The translations under genes and the position numbers were made by a program. Shown one piece after another: positions 7,601 through 13,585 of a stretch of 13,701 bases of DNA (position 1 is its first letter; every line of letters begins with the position of its first letter). The DNA lies in assembly GCA_044868695.1 (NCBI GenBank), contig JBIOWP010000060.1, positions 1-13,701 of the forward strand, read 5' to 3'. The stretch is from a bacterium (lineage in GTDB: Bacteria; Sysuimicrobiota; Sysuimicrobiia; Sysuimicrobiales; Kaftiobacteriaceae). Below the pieces are notes generated by a model. The model was not told the DNA's origin and did no database searches. It was given only the letters and a program-made list of their open reading frames with translations.

Positions 7601-8041
7601 GCTGGCCATCCGGCGTTGCATGGCGAGCGCCGCCCGCAGGGCCCGCTCCGGATCGTCCTCGTGCGCCACCGGCACGCCGAAGACGGCCATCACCGCGTCG
7701 CCGATGAATTTCTCCACCGTCCCTCCATAGCGGTCGATTTCCTCTCTCATCGCCGCAAAGAAGCCCGCGGTGAGGGCGCGCATCGGCTCGGGGTCCAGTT
7801 GCCTCGTGAGCCGCGTCGATCCGACCAGGTCGGCGAACAGGACGGTGACGACGCGGCGTTCCGCCGCGCCGGTGCGGACCAGCGGGGTGCCGCACTGCAG
7901 GCAGAAGTGCGCGCCTGACGGGTTGGTGGCGCCGCAGGCAGGGCAGGGCCGGACCAGCGCGGTGCCGCAGCGCATGCAGAACTGCGCTTCCGCAGGGTTG
8001 GTGGTCCCGCACTGGGGGCAGGGGGCCGGCGTTCCTATCAT
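4628..8041 (-). CDS. Double zinc ribbon + class III adenylate/guanylate cyclase + STAND-type AAA ATPase + TPR protein
   Basis: Four CxxC pairs at the N-terminus. Cyclase motifs TVLFADLVGST, EKFIGDAVMAVFG, GEVVNFAARLQ. MVGRDEE precedes Walker A APAGIGKT; Walker B is LVLVFEDLHWA; EGNPFFL and FAFTHALIREVAY follow. The C-terminal ~400 aa are helical TPR-like repeats. Confidence 0.95.
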   Translation of the reverse strand: MIGTPAPCPQCGTTNPAEAQFCMRCGTALVRPCPACGATNPSGAHFCLQCGTPLVRTGAAERRVVTVLFADLVGSTRLTRQLDPEPMRALTAGFFAAMREEIDRYGGTVEKFIGDAVMAVFGVPVAHEDDPERALRAALAMQRRMASLNAELDADLHLRIAITTGEVVADRLAAAAGQSMVTGEVVNFAARLQAQAPPDGILMDERTCEATRHAIASEPVAPADGEEFAARPRFRVTGLTDNPPARRLQAGMVGRDEEMQFLHALYRRVVEGQHPHLVTVLAPAGIGKTRLVEEFVASLKLGEGAPHFLRGRCPAYGEGLTYWPLAEMLKQECEIKDNDPLAVAGQKLHDGVLRVCGPVLGSDESEMVADDLATIVGTEIPRDSDTLWKTRLARLKTLVEGRPIAVRDPSVGSETRHSSEVILHSLRAFLYALARGGPLVLVFEDLHWAEQSLLELLERLTARGGEAPMLILCLARPDLLERYPTWSVRVREYTALTLSPLSPAHSARLITDALRGAVLPGDVRDAVLSRAEGNPFFLGEIMSRLIDEGSLVHEGGKWKWVSRSLDIRIPDTIQGLLLSRLDLLSPLERRVIQDAAVVGRAFWPGAIRAMNALSPEETQTALDRLVGRDLVEERPGSSLAGEREFAFTHALIREVAYSTLPKSARSEHHRRLAGWLADAAPENSEEFLEVLAHHLEQAWRYRFETGERADDLAREAVTALRRAARRATALGTLHEARRLYERALTVVRNAGLTSDATLYAELLTDHSDVVKWMSAPATIFDSTETVLQLAQQINREDLLARAWLNRAFAEYDKSNLQAAESALHKALELFRRLADRQGEAEAFELLGIITHSLRGRLSKAQTAYRKALDVYHAMGDGKGAARTTAFLGRALLDAGEIAQAKPLLLEALGLARTHHERISEARSLVALAIVEHMAGEPAASATNFAGAIAIWRALGDAVGEAYTHRHLAMHLLRRGKVDEAEREVQTARQLLREQGSVKDSPFLLRSLAEVYLAKGDLVRADEYAEQGVTALEGDEFDSEDVPQATHRVTLGRVRAAQGRGEEAEALFARSLEILGRQDQEYRFDLAVSLLKYGEALQQLGQPERAREVMQQARSMFAQMGAANFVHETDAKLAIVMA
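7874..8023 (-). repeat. Intragenic 25-codon tandem duplication (double zinc ribbon)
   Basis: PCPQCGTTNPAEAQFCMRCGTALVR followed directly by PCPACGATNPSGAHFCLQCGTPLVR. Confidence 0.85.
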
Positions 8042-8076
8042 GACGTCAGTGTACTGACCGCCTCGGACGGCTACAA
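8042..8076 (-). promoter_or_regulatory. Candidate sigma70-type promoter for a leaderless cyclase transcript, with a palindrome overlapping the -10
   Basis: Minus strand: TTGTAG (8076-8071), N17, TACACT (8053-8048), N6, ATG (8041). No SD at normal spacing. The inverted repeat GTCAGT-N2-ACTGAC spans 8045-8058. Confidence 0.55.
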
Positions 8077-8098
8077 GGTCCGAACAGCGGACCGCAGA

Positions 8099-9598
8099 TC
8101 AGACCGCGTCGGTCCGCAGCCGGCGGAAGGACGAGAGCAGGGCAGGGGCCACCAGCGTGAAGGCCGCCAGGAGGAGGAACGCGGCGGAGATCGGGCGGGT
8201 GGCGAAGATGGCCGGGCTGCTGTTGCTCATGATCAGCGAGCGCCGCAGGTTCTGCTCCATCAGATCGCCCAGCACCAGGCCTAGGACCGCCGGGCCCATG
8301 GGGTAATCGTTCAGCCGCATGTAGTAGGCGACCAGACCCAGGGCGACCATCACCAGCAGGTCGAAGGCGCTGAAGTTCACCGCGTAGGTGCCGACCACGC
8401 ACACCGCCAGGATCAGCGGCAGGAGCACCCGTTCGGGGATGCGGAGGATGCGGACGAACAGCCCCACCAGCGGGAGATTGAGGATGAGCAGGATGAAGTT
8501 GCTGACGTACATGCTGGCGACGAGACCCCAGACCACGTCCGCGTGTTTCTGGAACATGGTTGGGCCGGGGACCACGTTGAGGACCAGCAGCGCGCCCAGC
8601 ATCAGGGCGGTGGTGGAAGAGCCGGGAATCCCCAGGGAGAGCATCGGGATCATGTTGCCGACGGCCGCCGCATTGTTGGCCGACTCTGGGGCGGCCACGC
8701 CCCGGATGTCGCCCCTGCCGAAGCGGCCGGGGTCTTTTGCGATCTGCTTTTCCACGCTGTACGACAGGAACGACGCGATCGTCGCGCCGGCGGCGGGCAG
8801 AATGCCGATGTAGAAGCCGATGGCGCTGCCGCGCACGATGGCCCAAAAGGAGTCGGTGAAGTCGCGCAGGCTCAGCCAGATCCGCTCCAGCGCGATCGGC
8901 ATCCGCACCGCGCCGCGGGCCTTTTCCACCGATGACAGGACCTCCGAGATCGCGAAGAGGCCGATGACGACGACCACAAAGTCGATCCCGTCCAACAGGT
9001 ACGGAATCCCGAAGGTGTAGCGGGGCACCCCGGTCACCAGGTCGATGCCGACCGTGGCCAGCATCAGCCCAAAGCCCATCGAAAGCAGGGCCTTGATCAG
9101 CGAGCGGCCGGCCAGGCTGCTCACCGACGACAACCCGAAGACCATCAGCGCAAAATACTCCGGCGGTCCGAAGCGCAGGCCGAGGCTGGCCAGTGGGGGA
9201 GAGAACAGCGTGAGGGCGATCGTGCTCAGCGTGCCGGCGATGAACGACCCGACCGCGGCGATCGCGAGGGCGGGTCCGGCGCGGCCCTGGAGGGCCATCT
9301 GGTACCCGTCGAACCCGGTCGCGACCGACGATGCCTCGCCCGGAACGTTCATGAGGATCGATGTCGTCGAACCGCCGTACATCGTACCATAGTACAGCGC
9401 GGTTAGCATGATGAGCGCGGAAGCGGGCGGCAGCTTGAACGCGAGCGGCAGGAGGATGGCGATGCCGCCGACCGGCCCGATGCCGGGCAGCACGCCGACG
9501 ATCGTGCCCATCAGCGCGCCGACGAATGCCAGACCCAGGTTCTCCGGCTGCAGCGCAACCCCGAACCCGAAAATCAGGTGTTGCCAGGTCTCACCCAT
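8099..9598 (-). CDS. tctA: Tripartite tricarboxylate transporter large permease TctA
   Basis: 499-aa polytopic membrane protein with GTIVGVLPGIG, YYGTMYGGS, NVPGEASSVATGFDGY, GILPAAGATIA, RGVAAPESANNAA, LGIPGS and PGP motifs typical of TctA. Confidence 0.95.
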   Translation of the reverse strand: MGETWQHLIFGFGVALQPENLGLAFVGALMGTIVGVLPGIGPVGGIAILLPLAFKLPPASALIMLTALYYGTMYGGSTTSILMNVPGEASSVATGFDGYQMALQGRAGPALAIAAVGSFIAGTLSTIALTLFSPPLASLGLRFGPPEYFALMVFGLSSVSSLAGRSLIKALLSMGFGLMLATVGIDLVTGVPRYTFGIPYLLDGIDFVVVVIGLFAISEVLSSVEKARGAVRMPIALERIWLSLRDFTDSFWAIVRGSAIGFYIGILPAAGATIASFLSYSVEKQIAKDPGRFGRGDIRGVAAPESANNAAAVGNMIPMLSLGIPGSSTTALMLGALLVLNVVPGPTMFQKHADVVWGLVASMYVSNFILLILNLPLVGLFVRILRIPERVLLPLILAVCVVGTYAVNFSAFDLLVMVALGLVAYYMRLNDYPMGPAVLGLVLGDLMEQNLRRSLIMSNSSPAIFATRPISAAFLLLAAFTLVAPALLSSFRRLRTDAV

Positions 9599-10057
9599 CT
9601 ATCGCCGGAAAATCTCTCCGATGGGCAGCCGCACGTCGAGCGTCGTAAACAGGTACCAGGCCGCCGCGGTGAACGCCAGGGCGATCAGCGCGCCGCGCCA
9701 GGCCGGCTTCACGCCGAGCAGCAGCATCGCTAGGAACGCAAAGAGGGCGGTGCTGAGGGGAAATCCGAGGATGTCGAAGGAGAGGCTGTAACCCAGCAGG
9801 AGCGCCCACAGCAGCAGGGCGGGCAGGTACGTTTTCAAACTCAGCGGTGCGGTGCCGCCCGGCACCGGCCGCAGCGAAGTGACGAACAGCGCCGTGCTGC
9901 AGGCCAGCATCAACCCTCCGACCAGCAGTGGAAAGGTGGCCGGCCCCAGCGCTTCCGTGCGCATGAACGGCCGGAACGTAAGGGCCAAGCGCACATAGAG
10001 AGCCGACAGGACGAAGATGACCGCGGCGGCAGTCCGGTCGCTGCGCCCCGACGCCAC
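9599..10057 (-). CDS. tctB: Tripartite tricarboxylate transporter small membrane subunit TctB
   Basis: 152 aa with 4-5 hydrophobic segments, LGPATFP, LGFPLST and C-terminal LFTTLDVRLP; lies between tctC and tctA. Confidence 0.92.
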   Translation of the reverse strand: MASGRSDRTAAAVIFVLSALYVRLALTFRPFMRTEALGPATFPLLVGGLMLACSTALFVTSLRPVPGGTAPLSLKTYLPALLLWALLLGYSLSFDILGFPLSTALFAFLAMLLLGVKPAWRGALIALAFTAAAWYLFTTLDVRLPIGEIFRR

Positions 10058-11041
10058 CTATCTCACGAACCCCAGCTCGCGCAGCAGCGTCTCGTAGTTT
10101 TTCGTATCGTCGGCAAGGAAGCGCCGGAACTGATCGCCGGTGAGGACGAAGGAGAACCACTTGGTCTCTTGGAGGACCTTCGCCCAGGCGCCCGTCGTAG
10201 ACATCTTCACGAGCGTCTCTTCCCAGAATTTGACCGCCGCGGCGGGCATCTCCGGCGGACCGTAGAAGCCCCGCCAGATGGGGAAGGTGACGTTGTATCC
10301 CTGCTCGATCGCGGTGGGGACGGCGGTGAACACCCCGCCCAGGCGCTTCTCCGAGAAGATCGCCAGTACGCGGACCGTTCCCGCTTCCAGCTGCGCCGTG
10401 ACTTCGGAGGCTCCGGTGGTCAGCACCGACGCGCTGCCGCCCAGCAGCGCGGCCATCGCCTCGCCGCCGCCCTGGAAGGGAATGTAGCGGACCTTCAGCG
10501 GATCGACGCCGGCCGCCCGGGCGGCCTTGGCGAAGATGATGTGGTCCAGGCTTCCGGGCGCCGACCCGCCGGCCACGACACCGACGTTGGGGTCGCGCTT
10601 CAGCACCTCCATCAGCGTGCGCAGGTTGTTGATAGTAGAGTCTTTTCGTACGAGGAGGACGCCGAAGTCGCTGGTCAGCGCCGCGATCGGCGTCACGTCG
10701 CTGTACGAGTACGGAGTATTCTTGTTGACGATGGTCAGGCTCAGCGCAGGCGAGAACGCGATCAGCGTGTACGGGTCGCCCTTGCGGCGTGTGACGACGT
10801 GGGCGATGGCGACGGCGCCGGACCCCCCGGGCATGTTAGTGACGGTGACCGGCTGGCCGAGCAGTTTTTCTTCCGACAGCGCGCGCACGCTCATCCGGCA
10901 GGTAAGATCCCACCCGCCGCCGGCGCCGGCCGGCGCGATGAACTCAACCGGTTTGTCGGGAAATGCCGGGCCGGCACTGGTGAGTCCGGCCGTGGTGACG
11001 ATCAAGACCAGCACGAGCGAAGCCCGCAGCGGTATCCGCAC
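10058..11041 (-). CDS. tctC: Tripartite tricarboxylate transporter substrate-binding protein TctC (Bug family)
   Basis: FPDKPVEFIAPAGAGGGWDLTCR, NMPGGSG, YIPFQGGGEAMAALLGG, VPTAIEQG, WRGFYGP. I moved the start from 11155 to GTG 11041: it is preceded by GGGGGGATCACA (SD-like) and followed by the signal peptide MRIPLRASLVLVLIVTTAGLTSA. Confidence 0.93.
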   Translation of the reverse strand: MRIPLRASLVLVLIVTTAGLTSAGPAFPDKPVEFIAPAGAGGGWDLTCRMSVRALSEEKLLGQPVTVTNMPGGSGAVAIAHVVTRRKGDPYTLIAFSPALSLTIVNKNTPYSYSDVTPIAALTSDFGVLLVRKDSTINNLRTLMEVLKRDPNVGVVAGGSAPGSLDHIIFAKAARAAGVDPLKVRYIPFQGGGEAMAALLGGSASVLTTGASEVTAQLEAGTVRVLAIFSEKRLGGVFTAVPTAIEQGYNVTFPIWRGFYGPPEMPAAAVKFWEETLVKMSTTGAWAKVLQETKWFSFVLTGDQFRRFLADDTKNYETLLRELGFVR

Positions 11042-11074
11042 TGTGATCCCCCCGCGAAACGGTGTGTGAGGGAA

Positions 11075-11102
11075 ATTGCACTCCGCCCGCGGCCCCTCCT
11101 GC
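11075..11102 (-). promoter_or_regulatory. Candidate sigma-H-like promoter GCAGGA-N18-CAAT for tctCBA
   Basis: Minus strand GCAGGA GGGGCCGCGGGCGGAGTG CAAT, located between the upstream hairpin and the tctC SD. Confidence 0.35.
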
Positions 11103-11113
11103 TGATGGTGCCC

Positions 11114-11150
11114 AAACGCAAGGACGGGAGTGAAAACTCTCCCGTCCTTG
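11114..11150 (-). terminator. Terminator-like hairpin downstream of the 11177-11620 gene
   Basis: Perfect 12-bp inverted repeat CAAGGACGGGAG (11119-11130) / CTCCCGTCCTTG (11139-11150) with an 8-nt loop. The U-tail on the minus strand is weak (CGTTT). Confidence 0.6.
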
Positions 11151-11176
11151 TGCACGGAAACGAGCGCTGCTGTGGT

Positions 11177-11620
11177 TTACAGCGCGTCCAGTGCCAGCTT
11201 CAACTGCTGCGCGATGATCTTGGCCCAGGGCTGTGCGGCGTCGACCTCGGTGAACCTCAAGACGTTTGCGGTCATATTCTGCGCCACTTTGGCATACCGC
11301 AGCGCTCGGTCGGCTCCCTTCGCGCCGGTCTCCTGCGCGGCCATCAGGTCGTTGAGAATCCCGCCGCCCTGTCCCTGGCACGGATTCCCAGGCCCCGCTC
11401 GAAAGTTCTTGCCACGCGTCCCTTCCAGGCAGTTCATCACGTGCTGCATGTGCTGCAGCGTGGCGGCGATGGCGTTGCCGCGCTGCGCCAGCTCGCTCGC
11501 ATGGAAGTAGGCGGTCTGCAGCTGCTTCTTGGCTGCGGCTGAGTTGCTCTCCGCTCCGGCCGGGCCGGTGAGGAGCATGACGAGCGTCAGGGCTACGGTA
11601 CCTGCGATGAGTGCTTTCAC
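11177..11620 (-). CDS. Secreted hypothetical helical protein with a His/Cys motif
   Basis: SD GAGGGGG before the GTG; signal peptide MKALIAGTVALTLVMLLTGPAGA; mature part contains TAYFHA...HMQHVMNCLEG..G..F..GPGNPCQGQGGGILND; followed by a hairpin. Confidence 0.85.
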   Translation of the reverse strand: MKALIAGTVALTLVMLLTGPAGAESNSAAAKKQLQTAYFHASELAQRGNAIAATLQHMQHVMNCLEGTRGKNFRAGPGNPCQGQGGGILNDLMAAQETGAKGADRALRYAKVAQNMTANVLRFTEVDAAQPWAKIIAQQLKLALDAL

Positions 11621-11710
11621 GTTAGTCCCCCTCAGGTCTGCCGTGGTGGTGAACTGACGTTAGTATTCTTACCCGGTGTAACGAACGCGTAGTCGGACCG
11701 GGCCGTCTTC

Positions 11711-11743
11711 AAATGAACGAGAGCCCCGTTGCCGGGGCCCTCG
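11711..11743 (-). terminator. Rho-independent terminator after the small basic protein gene
   Basis: Minus-strand RNA CGAGGGCCCCG-GCAA-CGGGGCUCUCG-UUCAUUU: an 11-bp stem with one G.U pair, a GNRA tetraloop and a U-rich tail. Confidence 0.85.
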
Positions 11744-11769
11744 CGGAGAACGAGATATGGAAGCCGGCT

Positions 11770-11973
11770 CTACTGATTGGGCATCCAGCTTTCGCCCGAA
11801 GGTGTCCATGGCGGCGGCGTCTGCATCGGTGATTGTCCAGGCATGTCCATCGGCTTGGGCTTCGGAGCGGCCTTGCGCTTCGTCGTCCTGCGGGCCGCCT
11901 TCCTAGCCGGCCTGCGCGCTGTCGCCTTCTTCCCCTTCTTCTTTCTGCCTTTCGCTGCTCGCTTTCGCGCCAC
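11770..11973 (-). CDS. Small Lys/Arg/Ala-rich basic protein (histone H1-like composition) with a Pro/Met-rich tail
   Basis: Strong SD (AAGGGGGGAGAAAGA-GTG), a downstream terminator and a candidate upstream promoter. 21 of the first 40 residues are K/R and none are acidic. Confidence 0.8.
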   Translation of the reverse strand: MARKRAAKGRKKKGKKATARRPARKAARRTTKRKAAPKPKPMDMPGQSPMQTPPPWTPSGESWMPNQ

Positions 11974-12022
11974 TCTTTCTCCCCCCTTGCGTGTGTTAGG
12001 TGACCTCTCCCAGTTGGGCCAA

Positions 12023-12050
12023 TTTCAGCAGACCGTGGTTAGGGTCCTGC
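12023..12050 (-). promoter_or_regulatory. Candidate sigma-H-like promoter GCAGGA-N18-GAAA
   Basis: Minus strand GCAGGA CCCTAACCACGGTCTGCT GAAA, ending about 50 nt upstream of the basic-protein GTG. Confidence 0.45.
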
Positions 12051-12064
12051 AATGACGGAAACTT

Positions 12065-13585
12065 TTACCCTTGGGACGCCGCGTCCAGCAGCAGGCCGAC
12101 GCGGCGGTTGACGGCGTTCAGGACCGCTTTCCCCGCCGCCTCAAAGACCATGTCGTCGATCGGAGCGATGCCCAGGAGCGATTCCTCGCCGTTTGGCGTC
12201 AGGAACAGCACGACGGCCCACAGCGCCTTCCCGACTTCTGCGGGAGCCGGCTGGATGTCGTGGACGACGACCCCATACCCCTGGGGGAGGAACTCTGTCA
12301 CAGCCCTCGCGGCGGCTTCCGCGGCCAGGAAGAGACGGCGTTCCTGCGCGTTGCGGCCGACCGCCCGGCCGGTGACTTCCCGCTCTCCGTGCACCAGCTT
12401 CACCGTGGCGGTGGCGACCATGCCTGAGACGTCAAGACTGGCGCCCTTGAACCGGATGCGCCCGGCGCCGTCAGGTCCCGGCACCGGCATCGCCGCGGCG
12501 GCGGGCAGGTTCATGGCTTCGGCTGCCTGCTGGCTGGGCGAGGGGACCCGGTGCGGCGTCATCGGCACCGGAGGCGCTTCTTCCTGTTCGGCAGGCGACT
12601 GGATGGCCTGCGGGGGTTCCGGCTCTGCGGCCGGCAGCTCATAAACCGGGAAATCGGCCGCAGGCGGTTCGGATGTTTCGCGCGACTGAGCTCCCAGGTC
12701 GTCGTCACTCGGCGGAAGGTCGGGCTCGACCGCCGAGGGCATCGGCGGGATCGCCGGGATGCCTACCCCCGGCGCGGGAGCCTGTGGCGCGAACTCCGAC
12801 GCGAAATCGAACGGTGCGTTCGCCCCAGACCGTGTCGCTGGCTCGGGCTGCGCCGGAGTGGACGGGGTTTCCTTGCCCATCGAGGCGACCTCTGCGGAGA
12901 TGATGACCGCGTCGATCATTGCCTGCGTGGTCGCAGGATCAGAATCGGTCAGCCGGTCCACGGTGGCTACGCCGATGCGGCTGTGGGGCAGGCGATCGCC
13001 ATCGGTCTCCAGACCCACGGCGGACACCTGTTGATGGATGAGGTCCACAAGCGCCTTAATGTCGCCCAGCGGCCGTACCGTGAGGATCAGGAGGATGTCC
13101 CCGCTGTGGCGGGTCAGGTGGTCGCCGCCCTCCATTAGCCGCTTCATGCGCCGGGAGATCTGCCGGAGGACGGAATGCGCGGCTTTGTACCCGTACACAT
13201 CCATCAACGTATCGAGCCCGCCCAGGTGCACGGCGATGACGTGCAGGTCCGACACGCAGGCCAGCCGCGCCGCTTCACTTCGGACGGAGACCGACCAGGG
13301 CAGCCCGGTGATCCCGTCCTCCGCCGCGGCGGACGTCGGCGGCGTCTGCTGTTTGGCGAGGTGGGCTTCGGCTTCGCGCTGGATGTCTTTAGGGTCGGCG
13401 CCGGGCGCAAATCGGGCGATCTCCTGGTCGCCGTAGCACAGGAACAGCTGCAGCGGCGCTTCCAGAAGGTGATAGCCTGGGGGAAGCGTGACTCCCAGGC
13501 TCTTGGCCGGCACATGCCACCGGACCTTATGAAACGGTGCGTCGTTGGCCACGGTCAGGGGTGCCCTACTACTCCATACCCGCAA
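12065..13585 (-). CDS. Multidomain protein: small N-terminal domain + degenerate GGDEF domain + Pro/Ala/Glu-rich linker + C-terminal alpha/beta domain (LeuA allosteric-domain-like pattern)
   Basis: DGITGLP...LDTLMDVYGYKAAHSVLRQISRRM...DHLTRHSGDILLIL...SRIGVA follows the GGDEF-fold pattern, with SGDIL at the signature position. Residues ~240-375 are low complexity. The C-terminus ends LLGIA...EAAGKAVLNAVNRRV. The start is uncertain (TTG 13585 or GTG 13552). Confidence 0.85.
   Translation of the reverse strand: MRVWSSRAPLTVANDAPFHKVRWHVPAKSLGVTLPPGYHLLEAPLQLFLCYGDQEIARFAPGADPKDIQREAEAHLAKQQTPPTSAAAEDGITGLPWSVSVRSEAARLACVSDLHVIAVHLGGLDTLMDVYGYKAAHSVLRQISRRMKRLMEGGDHLTRHSGDILLILTVRPLGDIKALVDLIHQQVSAVGLETDGDRLPHSRIGVATVDRLTDSDPATTQAMIDAVIISAEVASMGKETPSTPAQPEPATRSGANAPFDFASEFAPQAPAPGVGIPAIPPMPSAVEPDLPPSDDDLGAQSRETSEPPAADFPVYELPAAEPEPPQAIQSPAEQEEAPPVPMTPHRVPSPSQQAAEAMNLPAAAAMPVPGPDGAGRIRFKGASLDVSGMVATATVKLVHGEREVTGRAVGRNAQERRLFLAAEAAARAVTEFLPQGYGVVVHDIQPAPAEVGKALWAVVLFLTPNGEESLLGIAPIDDMVFEAAGKAVLNAVNRRVGLLLDAASQG

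Noticed and set aside
8077..8101. Hairpin just after the tctA UGA as a possible SECIS giving a TctA-cyclase fusion
   Set aside because: The loop starts only 11 nt after the UGA, closer than in typical bacterial SECIS elements. TctA is already full length, the position is not a Cys-equivalent site, and the spacer is better explained as a promoter.
11042..11155. 38-codon N-terminal extension of TctC in the ORF track
   Set aside because: It spans a terminator-like hairpin and the candidate promoter. GTG 11041 has an SD and exposes a normal signal peptide.
10169..11542. 457-aa plus-strand ORF, and similar long antisense ORFs such as 6630-7730 and 2413-3231
   Set aside because: Antisense to well-supported genes. 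Long stop-free antisense frames are expected at this GC content.
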